From a virus (Duplodnaviria; Caudoviricetes), in the IMG/VR virus record IMGVR_UViG_3300044847_000019, positions 1 through 36,442 of that record: a DNA stretch of 36,442 nt. The stretch is one strand, 5' to 3'. This document shows positions 26,965 to 35,340 of the stretch, piece after piece. Under the pieces are notes generated by a model. That model was not told the DNA's origin and ran no database searches. It was given only the letters and a program-made list of their open reading frames with translations. Both the position numbers and the translations under genes were made by a program. Numbering within the stretch: position 1 is the stretch's first letter; every line of letters begins with the position of its first letter.

Positions 26965-27822
26965 TCAAGATCCACCCAGCAACGCAGCCCAGTCAGTTTC
27001 TTGCGGCCCCGACTTATTGCCATTGCTTTGTTGCTGATTACCTGCCGTAACATCACTCGCAAACGCGATGAAGTAATTCTCGGCATGCTCAGCAACTTTC
27101 TCAGGAGAAAGATGGGGATTGGCTCGCGCAATTTGCCCCTTTAGTGCTTCCACCATTGGAGCTGCGGCCGGGTGAGATAGCGCGGCGTGCTTCGGAGCAG
27201 CATTTCGCACTTGGATGTTACGAATACGATCCGGGAGTGCCGTTTCGATTCGCGACGTATGCTTCTGAAAGGCAGTTTCCACAACTCCTGCGTTCACTTG
27301 CATCGCTTGCAGGAAGGCCCCTTGAGCTACAGAGTTTAGAACGTCCATAAAGGCCTGGGGATCTTGGCCGGACATTGCTTTCTGCAGCTGTTCGGGAGCA
27401 ATATTGCCAGTAAAGTTTAGTTTACTAGCTGCTTCCTTGAGCTTCTGCGGATCCACTGTTAGCAGCGGCCCGGAGAGCGGGTCAACAGGAACTTGCGGAT
27501 TACCTTTGTCGTCAGTTTGTACTTTAAACAGGTCCTTGAAATTATCTAGCTGGGAACCTTGACCCTTTTGAGGATCAGCATTGTTGGCAGGATCATTGTT
27601 AGCTTCAGTTCCCGGTTGTCCGGTAATAGGATCAGGCTGGTTCTTCGGATCCAGTTGGTTCTTCGAGGGGAAATTCGGATTGTTATTCTGAGGTTGCACC
27701 GGCGCGTTGTTGCCGATGTTGCTCATGCCGAACGGAAGTTTCACGCCGAGGTTAGCAAGAAAACCGCCGCCACCACCGCCGTTAGCGTTCATGAGCCGAT
27801 GAGATTTGCCGAACTTTGCCAT
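26965..27822 (-). CDS. Putative scaffolding protein
   Basis: N/P/Q-rich disordered N-terminus, helical C-terminus, between portal and capsid genes. Confidence 0.6.
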   Translation of the reverse strand: MAKFGKSHRLMNANGGGGGGFLANLGVKLPFGMSNIGNNAPVQPQNNNPNFPSKNQLDPKNQPDPITGQPGTEANNDPANNADPQKGQGSQLDNFKDLFKVQTDDKGNPQVPVDPLSGPLLTVDPQKLKEAASKLNFTGNIAPEQLQKAMSGQDPQAFMDVLNSVAQGAFLQAMQVNAGVVETAFQKHTSRIETALPDRIRNIQVRNAAPKHAALSHPAAAPMVEALKGQIARANPHLSPEKVAEHAENYFIAFASDVTAGNQQQSNGNKSGPQETDWAALLGGS

Positions 27823-28130
27823 TATTTAGCTCCAGGAGAAGGTTGTTGAGAAGGTTGTTCCAGTGGTACGGGAGTTGGTTCTAGAGCACCCTGGATTAGT
27901 GTTTCTAGAATGTCGAGCTGCCCTTTTAAGTAAGCTCTAACACGGTGATTTTCGCCATCCTTTTCAGGATCGGTGAACTCCTGAGTTGCGAGTTGGCGAA
28001 AGATGTTGACACGAGAATTTTGCAGATAGGCAACTGACAAATCTTTGTTCATCAGCTGCATTGCAACATTTACTTCTTGTGGCGTGAGCGTTGTTTCCAA
28101 CAGCTCGCTTCCGAGGTTGATTCCTGGCAT
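27822..28130 (-). CDS. Small head-assembly protein (hypothetical)
   Basis: 102 aa helical protein (AYLKGQLDIL) between portal and scaffold. Confidence 0.55.
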   Translation of the reverse strand: MPGINLGSELLETTLTPQEVNVAMQLMNKDLSVAYLQNSRVNIFRQLATQEFTDPEKDGENHRVRAYLKGQLDILETLIQGALEPTPVPLEQPSQQPSPGAK

Positions 28131-28141
28131 TTACTTTCTTC

Positions 28142-30067
28142 CTATTGAGGGGCGGGGAGTTGCGGTTGCACATTCGGATCTTTCTTCGGAACCGGTTCTT
28201 GTGCGTTTGCGGTTGCTTGCGTTGTTTTCAGAAACTGTTGTTGTTGTTCTGGCGTGCGCTTGAAGTTATCAAGCCAGTACGCACCTTGCGACTTGAAGGA
28301 ATACAGCAGCATTCCAATAATATCGTATTGTGCGTTGATCTGCGGAATGGCCATACCAAGCTGCGCAACTTGTCCCATGAGATCCATGGAAAGTAGCTTC
28401 TCGCTGGGAGTTTGACCATCCGTGAGTTTAAATTGCAGAACGGCTCTGCGAAGATCTTGAGGATTAACTTGTACGCTCTTCTGTTGCGCGAAGTTGTAGA
28501 GTTCTGCCTGACCTTGATATTGGATGATGTTCATCTTCGTGATCTCCTTGAGCGGAGCAAACCACGAATCTTCGAGCGTAATTGCCAGCAGCCTAGGATG
28601 CCAGTCGCTCTTGTTCATCACAGTTTCAAATTCGTACTTAGTCTTGTTCCCCTTCTGGAACTGACCTTGCTGTACGTTGTTTGTACCATTGGCAATCTGC
28701 GCCATTTGCTGCACGCGCTGGGCCATTTCCAGAATACCAACTACGCTGTCATCTCGGTAGTTGGAAGCAAAAACAGCGTCGCCCACCGGTTTGCCGTACG
28801 CGCCCGGTTTGACCGGAATACGTGCGACGCTGGAGGTTCTATCAATGTCAGTTTTGCTGATTCTGGAAGGATCGTAGAAGAGTCGATCAAATACCAGTCT
28901 CCGCTTAGATTCGATGCCAGCAGCCCACAGTGACGACGCCATCTCTTGGTAGGGAGTGACGTTATCACCAAAGCTCTTGGCTTGATATCCAAGTCCGTCA
29001 TCAAACGGTTGTCCAACGACAATCGGCAGGAAGTTATGAGCATTTGTCATCCTCTTGCAATAGATGATCCACCGCTTGTTAACTACAATCAACTTGAAAA
29101 TCTGCGGCGTGTTCTTCGCAGGAAGATTGAGGTTGAAATCGTTGGGAAGGAAGCGTGCGTAGATGGTAGCAACTTCGTACAGCCCCTTGTATTCCAATGA
29201 GCCGTTGTTGTTGATACCTGCAAGCCAGCTGGTCCAGTTGGTGCCATAGTTACTAGAGGGAGACAGCAACGCGAGAGGGTTCACCAACGGGATGTAATAT
29301 TCTCCTGCGGTGTTATTACCAACTGTGTACGAATTGCAATCACTCTTGAACGCATCCGTTACGTTCATCGTGGTGTTCGGACCAAGGTCGATAATCAACT
29401 GCTTGAGTTTCGTACGAGGATACAGTTCCACGTAGCCAACGAATTCTCCATCACTGTGAATTTTGTTTGGGAGAACGCGCGTATCAAGGATCATGTTATA
29501 CAAGTCGATTCGCTTGGCGAAGTTACCTGCGTACATTTCCTCTGCTTCTTTACCGGCAGCATCCTCGCGCATGGAAGGATCGTTGATGATGGAGAATACT
29601 TTCTTGCGTTCCCATGCTTTCTCCATTGCCATCAAGTTGTATTTGAGACCATCACGGAAGCATTTAACGTATTCAGCGCGCCATCCGAATCTGCGAGAGT
29701 TATCACCGATTACTGACTCCATTTGCAAGCCAGCGTCTACTTGCGCAGGAGGAGCTACCACGCCGAAAAACGGTTCTCCGGTGCAGAAGACTTCAGTAAG
29801 ATACCCTACCGTTGCTTCTACTTGCGGTTGCACAACTGGAACTACAGGATTCTGCATCTTCTTAGCATCACCCCAGTAATTAGCCCAGCGTGCTTTCAGT
29901 TGATCTGCGGTCCAATCCGTTTCACGATAATACACGCGATCGCGCCATTCAAGTCCTGCGCGCAAGTTAAGATCGTGACCACCGAGAAACGCATACACGT
30001 TCGTCACCATCTTGAGCATGTCATCATGCTGCTTCTGCGACAAACGGAGCGGAGTATCTTGTTGCAT
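28142..30067 (-). CDS. Portal protein
   Basis: 641 aa gene directly after TerL; PVVQPQVE, QGQFQKGNKTKYE and Q-rich C-terminus typical of podovirus portals. Confidence 0.82.
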   Translation of the reverse strand: MQQDTPLRLSQKQHDDMLKMVTNVYAFLGGHDLNLRAGLEWRDRVYYRETDWTADQLKARWANYWGDAKKMQNPVVPVVQPQVEATVGYLTEVFCTGEPFFGVVAPPAQVDAGLQMESVIGDNSRRFGWRAEYVKCFRDGLKYNLMAMEKAWERKKVFSIINDPSMREDAAGKEAEEMYAGNFAKRIDLYNMILDTRVLPNKIHSDGEFVGYVELYPRTKLKQLIIDLGPNTTMNVTDAFKSDCNSYTVGNNTAGEYYIPLVNPLALLSPSSNYGTNWTSWLAGINNNGSLEYKGLYEVATIYARFLPNDFNLNLPAKNTPQIFKLIVVNKRWIIYCKRMTNAHNFLPIVVGQPFDDGLGYQAKSFGDNVTPYQEMASSLWAAGIESKRRLVFDRLFYDPSRISKTDIDRTSSVARIPVKPGAYGKPVGDAVFASNYRDDSVVGILEMAQRVQQMAQIANGTNNVQQGQFQKGNKTKYEFETVMNKSDWHPRLLAITLEDSWFAPLKEITKMNIIQYQGQAELYNFAQQKSVQVNPQDLRRAVLQFKLTDGQTPSEKLLSMDLMGQVAQLGMAIPQINAQYDIIGMLLYSFKSQGAYWLDNFKRTPEQQQQFLKTTQATANAQEPVPKKDPNVQPQLPAPQ

Positions 30068-30079
30068 TTGAGAGTTTCC

Positions 30080-31576
30080 TTAAAAGGAGAGAGCCAAATC
30101 TTCGTTGTGTGCTGCGGTGATTCCACCAGTAGCAACGGACATTTCCATGATACGCATCAAGTTGCCTGCATGTTCTGCTAGGATATGGTGCGTGTAACCT
30201 GGGAGATCGAGAACATCATCTACGTTATCCGTTTTTAGCGGGTTCCAGTTCTGAGCTTGGTTAACGAAGATGGAACGAACACTTTTATGGATAAGAATTT
30301 CCGCGTTGTCCGGATTTTCCTTAGCCATTGTTTTAAGTGTGTTGAAAATTCTGGAGTTCTTGCTGCTGCGACCAGGATAGATCTCGAGAATTACGAGACC
30401 GTCGATACCTAGTTCCTTTGCAAAGTACTCCATCCAGTATGCAAGCGTTGCTTGGTACGCAACTGATTCCACGAAGATGGTGCGAATGCCCCATTTGAAG
30501 CACATACGAAATGCTTCTTGAATTGTTCTCTTCGGATCGAACTTTCCGTACGCAAGATCACGAAACATTGGCTTATCATGAACTAGGAACGCGCCAATAG
30601 CAACATCATCACTTTTCTTTTTGCCCACAGATGGGTCGATAAGCACCCAACCAGCATGCGCTTGGTCATCAAGGAGGTAATCAGGTGCTGGTTGTATAAG
30701 TGTAATATCAATTCCGTGTTTGGCACCCGCGTTTTCGTCATTCATGACCTCCGCGTAGAAAATCTCCGGGTGGCCAAGTTCTGTATCACTCTCGAGTTCA
30801 GACAGCAGAACTTCCACCGGTTTGAGTTCCGGCCAAATGGATTCTCCGTCCTCAAGAATAGCTGCCGTAATGAAGGACAGCCAACTTGCCGCGTTTTTGA
30901 GCTTCTTGAGGATACTACCAGGATACGGGTACATGTTGCCAACGAAAACATACAAGCACCTTTCAGGATCGTTAGTTTTCATCAGCGTACCCATCATCCA
31001 AGATAGGCTACGAATAGCTTCTACTGCGCTTTCTGCTTGTTCTTTGCTCTGCATGTCGTCCATAATGATGAAATCAGGACGCACGAATTTGATATTAAGA
31101 CCGCGAGGAGAACTGCCGGCACCAATAGCGGCCAGGATAATAGGGCGACCACGAAAGTGGAACTTCTTGAGGTGAAGCGTCTCTTTTTCGACAGCCACTC
31201 GCCAATTCCCAAACAAGTTGCGAATGTTGACACTGTCAAGAACGTCAATAACGTCAGCAATGAAGTTCTCCGCAAGTTGTTCGGTGTTACATACGACGAG
31301 AATGAACTTGCGATTGGTGAAAAGTATGGTGTATACGACAATAAGTTTCAGAAAGATTGTCTTCCCGAAACCACGGGGCAAGCCAATAGCAAGTCGCTGC
31401 ATCCCCCGTTCGATTTGCAAGTTCGCGGTTATCCACTGCCACAGTGCGCGGAAGATTTTCGGAAACAGATACTTGAAGATTTCTGGTACGCATAGCATTG
31501 CCAAGAAGTTAAGGTCTGTACGAGCAGCATCAATCGCATCTTCTCGAGAAATACCTGCTTCTACGAGTGCGCTCAT
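30080..31576 (-). CDS. terL: Terminase large subunit
   Basis: Walker A LPRGFGKT, Walker B RPDFIIMDD, nuclease motifs LIDPS, FVESVAYQ, DDVLD. Confidence 0.93.
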   Translation of the reverse strand: MSALVEAGISREDAIDAARTDLNFLAMLCVPEIFKYLFPKIFRALWQWITANLQIERGMQRLAIGLPRGFGKTIFLKLIVVYTILFTNRKFILVVCNTEQLAENFIADVIDVLDSVNIRNLFGNWRVAVEKETLHLKKFHFRGRPIILAAIGAGSSPRGLNIKFVRPDFIIMDDMQSKEQAESAVEAIRSLSWMMGTLMKTNDPERCLYVFVGNMYPYPGSILKKLKNAASWLSFITAAILEDGESIWPELKPVEVLLSELESDTELGHPEIFYAEVMNDENAGAKHGIDITLIQPAPDYLLDDQAHAGWVLIDPSVGKKKSDDVAIGAFLVHDKPMFRDLAYGKFDPKRTIQEAFRMCFKWGIRTIFVESVAYQATLAYWMEYFAKELGIDGLVILEIYPGRSSKNSRIFNTLKTMAKENPDNAEILIHKSVRSIFVNQAQNWNPLKTDNVDDVLDLPGYTHHILAEHAGNLMRIMEMSVATGGITAAHNEDLALSF

Positions 31577-31923
31577 ATGTCGGACTTGTAATTAACGATC
31601 TGCTGCGACTGTTTTTGCAGGAAATCCAGGATTATCTTGTCTAGTTCCACGCCCGTAAGTGGACCGCGCTCTATATGTTTCCTGGAATCGTCAGTACGCT
31701 GCACGATTGCATCGAGAAGTCCAGGAGATTTCTCCATAACTCGTTCTTCGATGCCAGAATATCCTGGTTTTGAATCACTTTTAACCCTCTCCGGATGCAT
31801 CATACGGAGAAGATTCATCTGCGTGCGTGCATAACCCTCCGGATCTAGTGCTTGCCACATAAGATCTGGAAGTTCATAGTCGAAAAACTCGCGAGGAGTT
31901 GTTTGTTTCTTAGGAATTGGCAT
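31573..31923 (-). CDS. Hypothetical protein
   Basis: Start set at MPIPKK (31923) behind AAGG, 1 nt after the upstream stop; ATGA overlap with terL. Confidence 0.55.
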   Translation of the reverse strand: MPIPKKQTTPREFFDYELPDLMWQALDPEGYARTQMNLLRMMHPERVKSDSKPGYSGIEERVMEKSPGLLDAIVQRTDDSRKHIERGPLTGVELDKIILDFLQKQSQQIVNYKSDI

Positions 31924-31924
31924 G

Positions 31925-32587
31925 TCACAGCACCTTAGGAACAGGAACAGGCTCGTCAGCGTAGCCAATGTTTTCCAGGATACTGGCAACTTTCTTCCGT
32001 TCGGTGGAAACTACCTGTGCTGGTTGCAGTTGTACGTTCGGCAGCGCGGGCATCACGTCGATAACTCCAGCTGCTTCGCGTCCATCACGCCGCTCTTTCA
32101 GTTTATCCGCAAGATGTTTAGTAGGAAGTGCTGCCATGGACCTCCCATCTACTTCCACTACTTGCGAATTCGCGTTCATTTGGAAGTGAATACTTGCCGC
32201 GTGCGGAAGTACGAGGTTAACAACAGGAGCTGCGTTCTCACTACCACCTGCGAACTCGGTTGCACGCCGCTTAGCTGCGTTTGCCATAGCAGCAAGACGT
32301 ACAAGATCGGAGGGACGAGATACTAATGGCAGCATCTGGATGGCTTTATCCAGCGCCATATCTTCTACTTGATCCCAACTTCTATCTCTTTTAACTGCTC
32401 CTTCTGCATTGCTCGCGCGTAGGATGGAAACATCACGTTTGAAATCTTCATCGTCCAGCAGCTGTGAAATGTACGAAGGATCGCAGCCAACTGCAGCAGC
32501 AACTACACTGCCAGTCAGTCCTTGACCTAGTAATTTCTTAATCCGTTCTGCGAGCGTGTCGGCGACGGGCGTGAGGGTGTCTTCCAT
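31925..32587 (-). CDS. Putative terminase small subunit (N-terminal HTH)
   Basis: LLGQGLTGSVVAAAVGCDPSYISQLL helix-turn-helix, helical middle, first gene of the packaging module. Confidence 0.6.
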   Translation of the reverse strand: MEDTLTPVADTLAERIKKLLGQGLTGSVVAAAVGCDPSYISQLLDDEDFKRDVSILRASNAEGAVKRDRSWDQVEDMALDKAIQMLPLVSRPSDLVRLAAMANAAKRRATEFAGGSENAAPVVNLVLPHAASIHFQMNANSQVVEVDGRSMAALPTKHLADKLKERRDGREAAGVIDVMPALPNVQLQPAQVVSTERKKVASILENIGYADEPVPVPKVL

Positions 32588-32593
32588 ATTTCC

Positions 32594-32602
32594 ATAATAA
32601 CA
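32594..32602 (-). promoter_or_regulatory. Candidate extended -10 promoter for a leaderless terS transcript
   Basis: Minus strand TG-T-TATTAT, then GGAAAT, then ATG (32587); no well-spaced SD. Confidence 0.4.
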
Positions 32603-32771
32603 CCCGGAGTTGCCATTACCATTGAGGAATCTTCGATGAAAATTTTTAGAAATATTCTCTGAGTTGCATAGGAAAAATCGCGTAGGAGCTTTGAAAAAGG
32701 TCCGGAGCCCCCTTCATTTTGCGAAGCAACTTGATAGAGCGAAGTGAGCACTTACTTACTTAGCAGCTGCA

Positions 32772-32825
32772 AAATATGGCCAATGATACAGGGATGGAGT
32801 TAATTCCATTTGCATCATTGGCCAT
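32772..32825 (-). terminator. Long hairpin (terminator or RNase III-type site) after the orphan gene
   Basis: Perfect 12-bp stem ATGGCCAATGAT/ATCATTGGCCAT plus inner ATGGA/TCCAT; followed by ATTTT on the minus strand. Confidence 0.65.
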
Positions 32826-32841
32826 TTGTTAATTGCTGGAA

Positions 32842-33486
32842 TTACAGGATGCTATCCAGCAAATTCGCGCTATTCTCGTTTTTCTTGCTGATCGCGGTCA
32901 ATCGCATTTGCACGCGCAGTCCGGTAGTCGTATCCGTATCCTCGGGCTGCCAGAGCGAGGAGAGCAGTTTGGCTGCCTTTTCCGGAGTGAGGCCGTGATT
33001 GGGAGATGCCAGTTTCACGAATTGCTCCCCCAATGCTTTTCCCAATTGCTCTCCATGACTGGAAGATACTGCCTTGATGGTAGCGGATTGGGAGAGCCAT
33101 GCGCGAATTTCCTCGCCATTGAGACGTCCAGAAATTGCAGCTTGCTCGGATTGCCATTGCAGCAATGCACTCAACGTGAAATGCTCAATTGGAACTTGCG
33201 TCCTTTGCATATTCGATTCTTCACAGATCGTCGCGAGATATTGCTTTGCGAGATCAGCGATGGAATCGTGAATATGCAATTTCAGCATTTTCGTCATTTC
33301 GTCATTCCCGTTTACCGCGACGTGCGTTTCGTTTTGCCAGAGATTCGCAGGCAATTCAATTGCGCGCACGCGATTTGCGGGAGAAACTACTTTGTCTTTG
33401 CTGTCCTTCCAACGAGCAACAATTTGCATTGTTCCTTCATTGGTCTTTTCAGCAGCAACGGACGAAATGGAAATGAGATTTGCCAT
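32842..33486 (-). CDS. Hypothetical protein (orphan gene divergent from the early genes)
   Basis: 214 aa ORF with AAAGGA SD, own leader and downstream hairpin. Confidence 0.75.
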   Translation of the reverse strand: MANLISISSVAAEKTNEGTMQIVARWKDSKDKVVSPANRVRAIELPANLWQNETHVAVNGNDEMTKMLKLHIHDSIADLAKQYLATICEESNMQRTQVPIEHFTLSALLQWQSEQAAISGRLNGEEIRAWLSQSATIKAVSSSHGEQLGKALGEQFVKLASPNHGLTPEKAAKLLSSLWQPEDTDTTTGLRVQMRLTAISKKNENSANLLDSIL

Positions 33487-33555
33487 GATAAATGATTCCT
33501 TTGATTCATTGAATTACGGGATTTGTTATTCCGCGCCCGTTATTGCGGCCAGCCA

Positions 33556-33569
33556 ATTGTTAAAGAGCA
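33556..33569 (-). promoter_or_regulatory. boxA antitermination element (NusB/NusE site)
   Basis: Minus strand TGCTCTTTAACAAT, matching the rrn/lambdoid boxA consensus, ~70 nt upstream of the 33486 start. Confidence 0.75.
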
Positions 33570-33733
33570 ATTGCGAATTTCGGCGATGCGAAAAACGCGA
33601 CGTTTTCTCTTTTTGATTCATTCTGGAATTAATAGTTCAATTCGTCCGACGAACGGTAATTTGTAATTGTTCGTGTTTCTTTGGCGGATGATTTGTTGCG
33701 TAGACAACTTTTCATGTAAATAACATTCGTTCA

Positions 33734-34031
33734 ATGATTCCTTTCAGTGTGTGATTGTGTTGTCGGTGTCATCAGTGTAACGGTGTTGAATCCTGCCCTT
33801 TCCTATTTTCCTCCCCTTGTCTGTTTGGCTTGTTATTATCTCTCTTGTGGTATTTGTATTTCTATTCCTGTCTTTAAGTATTTTCAAAATAAAAGACCCC
33901 TAAAATATACCTCATAGATACCACTTACTAGCAAGTCCAATCACACAAGGGCAAAACTGACACACAGACCGGGTTTGACACCATTACACCGATAACACTG
34001 ATGACACTCTTATACACACTTGAGGAATCAT
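33734..34031. repeat. ~300 bp imperfect inverted repeat with 9-bp-period GTGT arrays
   Basis: Five paired blocks share a dyad at ~33883: 33734-42/34023-31, 33757-93/33971-34007, 33814-38/33926-51, 33847-53/33918-24, 33870-75/33892-97. Confidence 0.85.
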
Positions 34032-34064
34032 CGCTTCGCGAGCTACTCCCAAAATGACAAGGGA

Positions 34065-34092
34065 TTGACAAACAATTGAACTATGATACCCT
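34065..34092 (+). promoter_or_regulatory. Candidate sigma70 early promoter
   Basis: Perfect -35 TTGACA (34065-70), 16 nt spacer, TG-n-TACCCT extended -10; points into the early genes. Confidence 0.5.
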
Positions 34093-34286
34093 AATGAGTT
34101 GTTCGCGATTTACACGCGCGACAGCGAACGAAATCCCCGTTCAACAATAATAATTCCACCAATGAGTAAATTCGATAACGCGCCGAGGGGAACTTTTTAG
34201 GGCATTGTGGTATCATACAGGCACGTCCGCCGTGGGCGTGTGAATACTTTGGTATTCATCTTTTAATTACCGAAAGGAAATGAATC

Positions 34287-34598
34287 ATGAGAGTCGCACA
34301 AATTACAGTGTATTTCAGTGGTCGTAAATTTGTTTTCCGCGAAGGAGAACAACTCAACGTTGAAACATGGACACACACAAGTCCAGCTATCAGCAATAGC
34401 ACCATTCTTCCTTCAGTATTACTCGCTGATAATCCCGCAAATTCCATTTCCATGGAACGTGCGCTTAAGCAAATTAAAGAACTGCTGGAGAAAAACATCT
34501 ACAATCCGCATCTGACGGATGAAGCATGTGCAACATTTGAAGATACTGTGCAAGCAAGTATCGAGGATGTTGAAACGATGTTGGCAGCAATCAAATAA
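34287..34598 (+). CDS. Early hypothetical protein
   Basis: SD AAAGGA; first ORF after the non-coding region. Confidence 0.7.
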   Translation: MRVAQITVYFSGRKFVFREGEQLNVETWTHTSPAISNSTILPSVLLADNPANSISMERALKQIKELLEKNIYNPHLTDEACATFEDTVQASIEDVETMLAAIK

Positions 34599-34617
34599 CT
34601 CTCAGGAGAAACGAATC

Positions 34618-35079
34618 ATGGCAATATATGTTTTCTGTGGAAGAAAGATAGATACAGGACGTTGGGTTGCAGTACCATACCACAACGATACCAGAGAACA
34701 AGTAATTAAATTCCTCCAATCTCAATCTTGGTGGAGAGAGTATAACAATCGCGTGTTGCTAGCAGAAGCTATCGCACTACAATTTGGTTGGATTAGATCC
34801 AAACCACTTGAACTGGATTGGTTTCGTGATTACATTACACAAAAACCATGGGTTCTTCGAGAGCTCGAAAACGATTACATTCAACACAATGAATCGCACG
34901 AACTTCCACGCGCTAAAACAAAACCACCAGAAGTTCCTGCGGAATGTCGGTATTCTTTTATCGAAGAATACCTAGACCCTGATGGATTCATTCGCACGTT
35001 CATAACTCACGAACCTCCGAAGTTCGATCCGGAAGCAGCGTGGAAAGCAACGAAACTCGCAGCAGGAGATGCGTCATGA
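34618..35079 (+). CDS. Early hypothetical protein, Trp-rich
   Basis: Start set at ATG 34618 behind CAGGAG; ATGA overlap with the next gene. Confidence 0.7.
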   Translation: MAIYVFCGRKIDTGRWVAVPYHNDTREQVIKFLQSQSWWREYNNRVLLAEAIALQFGWIRSKPLELDWFRDYITQKPWVLRELENDYIQHNESHELPRAKTKPPEVPAECRYSFIEEYLDPDGFIRTFITHEPPKFDPEAAWKATKLAAGDAS

Positions 35080-35333
35080 AAAAGAATAAGAATCGTCCTG
35101 CACGCCAATTCGGCGTATATTACATGCACGATACTCGTGCACTAGATTACAACCGTTACTCTTCGCGTCGCGGTTATTCCAATTCTCTTCTCAATGCCAT
35201 TGCAATCGCATGCTGGCATATCTCCCGCGATGATTACTACCCGAAAGCGGTAGTTGTTGATCGCTTCCAGATGAAGATCGTTAGGATTATTCATCGCACG
35301 TCCACCGGCATTTCCATCGTTGAAAAGGAGTAA
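35076..35333 (+). CDS. Early hypothetical protein, basic
   Basis: ATG 35076 behind CAGGAG. Confidence 0.65.
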   Translation: MKKNKNRPARQFGVYYMHDTRALDYNRYSSRRGYSNSLLNAIAIACWHISRDDYYPKAVVVDRFQMKIVRIIHRTSTGISIVEKE

Positions 35334-35340
35334 TTCCATC

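Noticed and set aside
32833-33495. 220-aa + strand ORF exactly overlapping the 214-aa minus gene
   Set aside because: The minus ORF has the SD, leader, downstream hairpin and protein-like composition; the + ORF starts at TTG without an SD.
33975-34003. TTGACA at 33975 as a -35 box
   Set aside because: No acceptable -10 at 16-18 nt; it is part of the repeat array.
33747-34019. GTGT repeats as a mini-CRISPR array
   Set aside because: Units are 8-9 bp and contiguous, with no 25-40 bp repeats or unique spacers.
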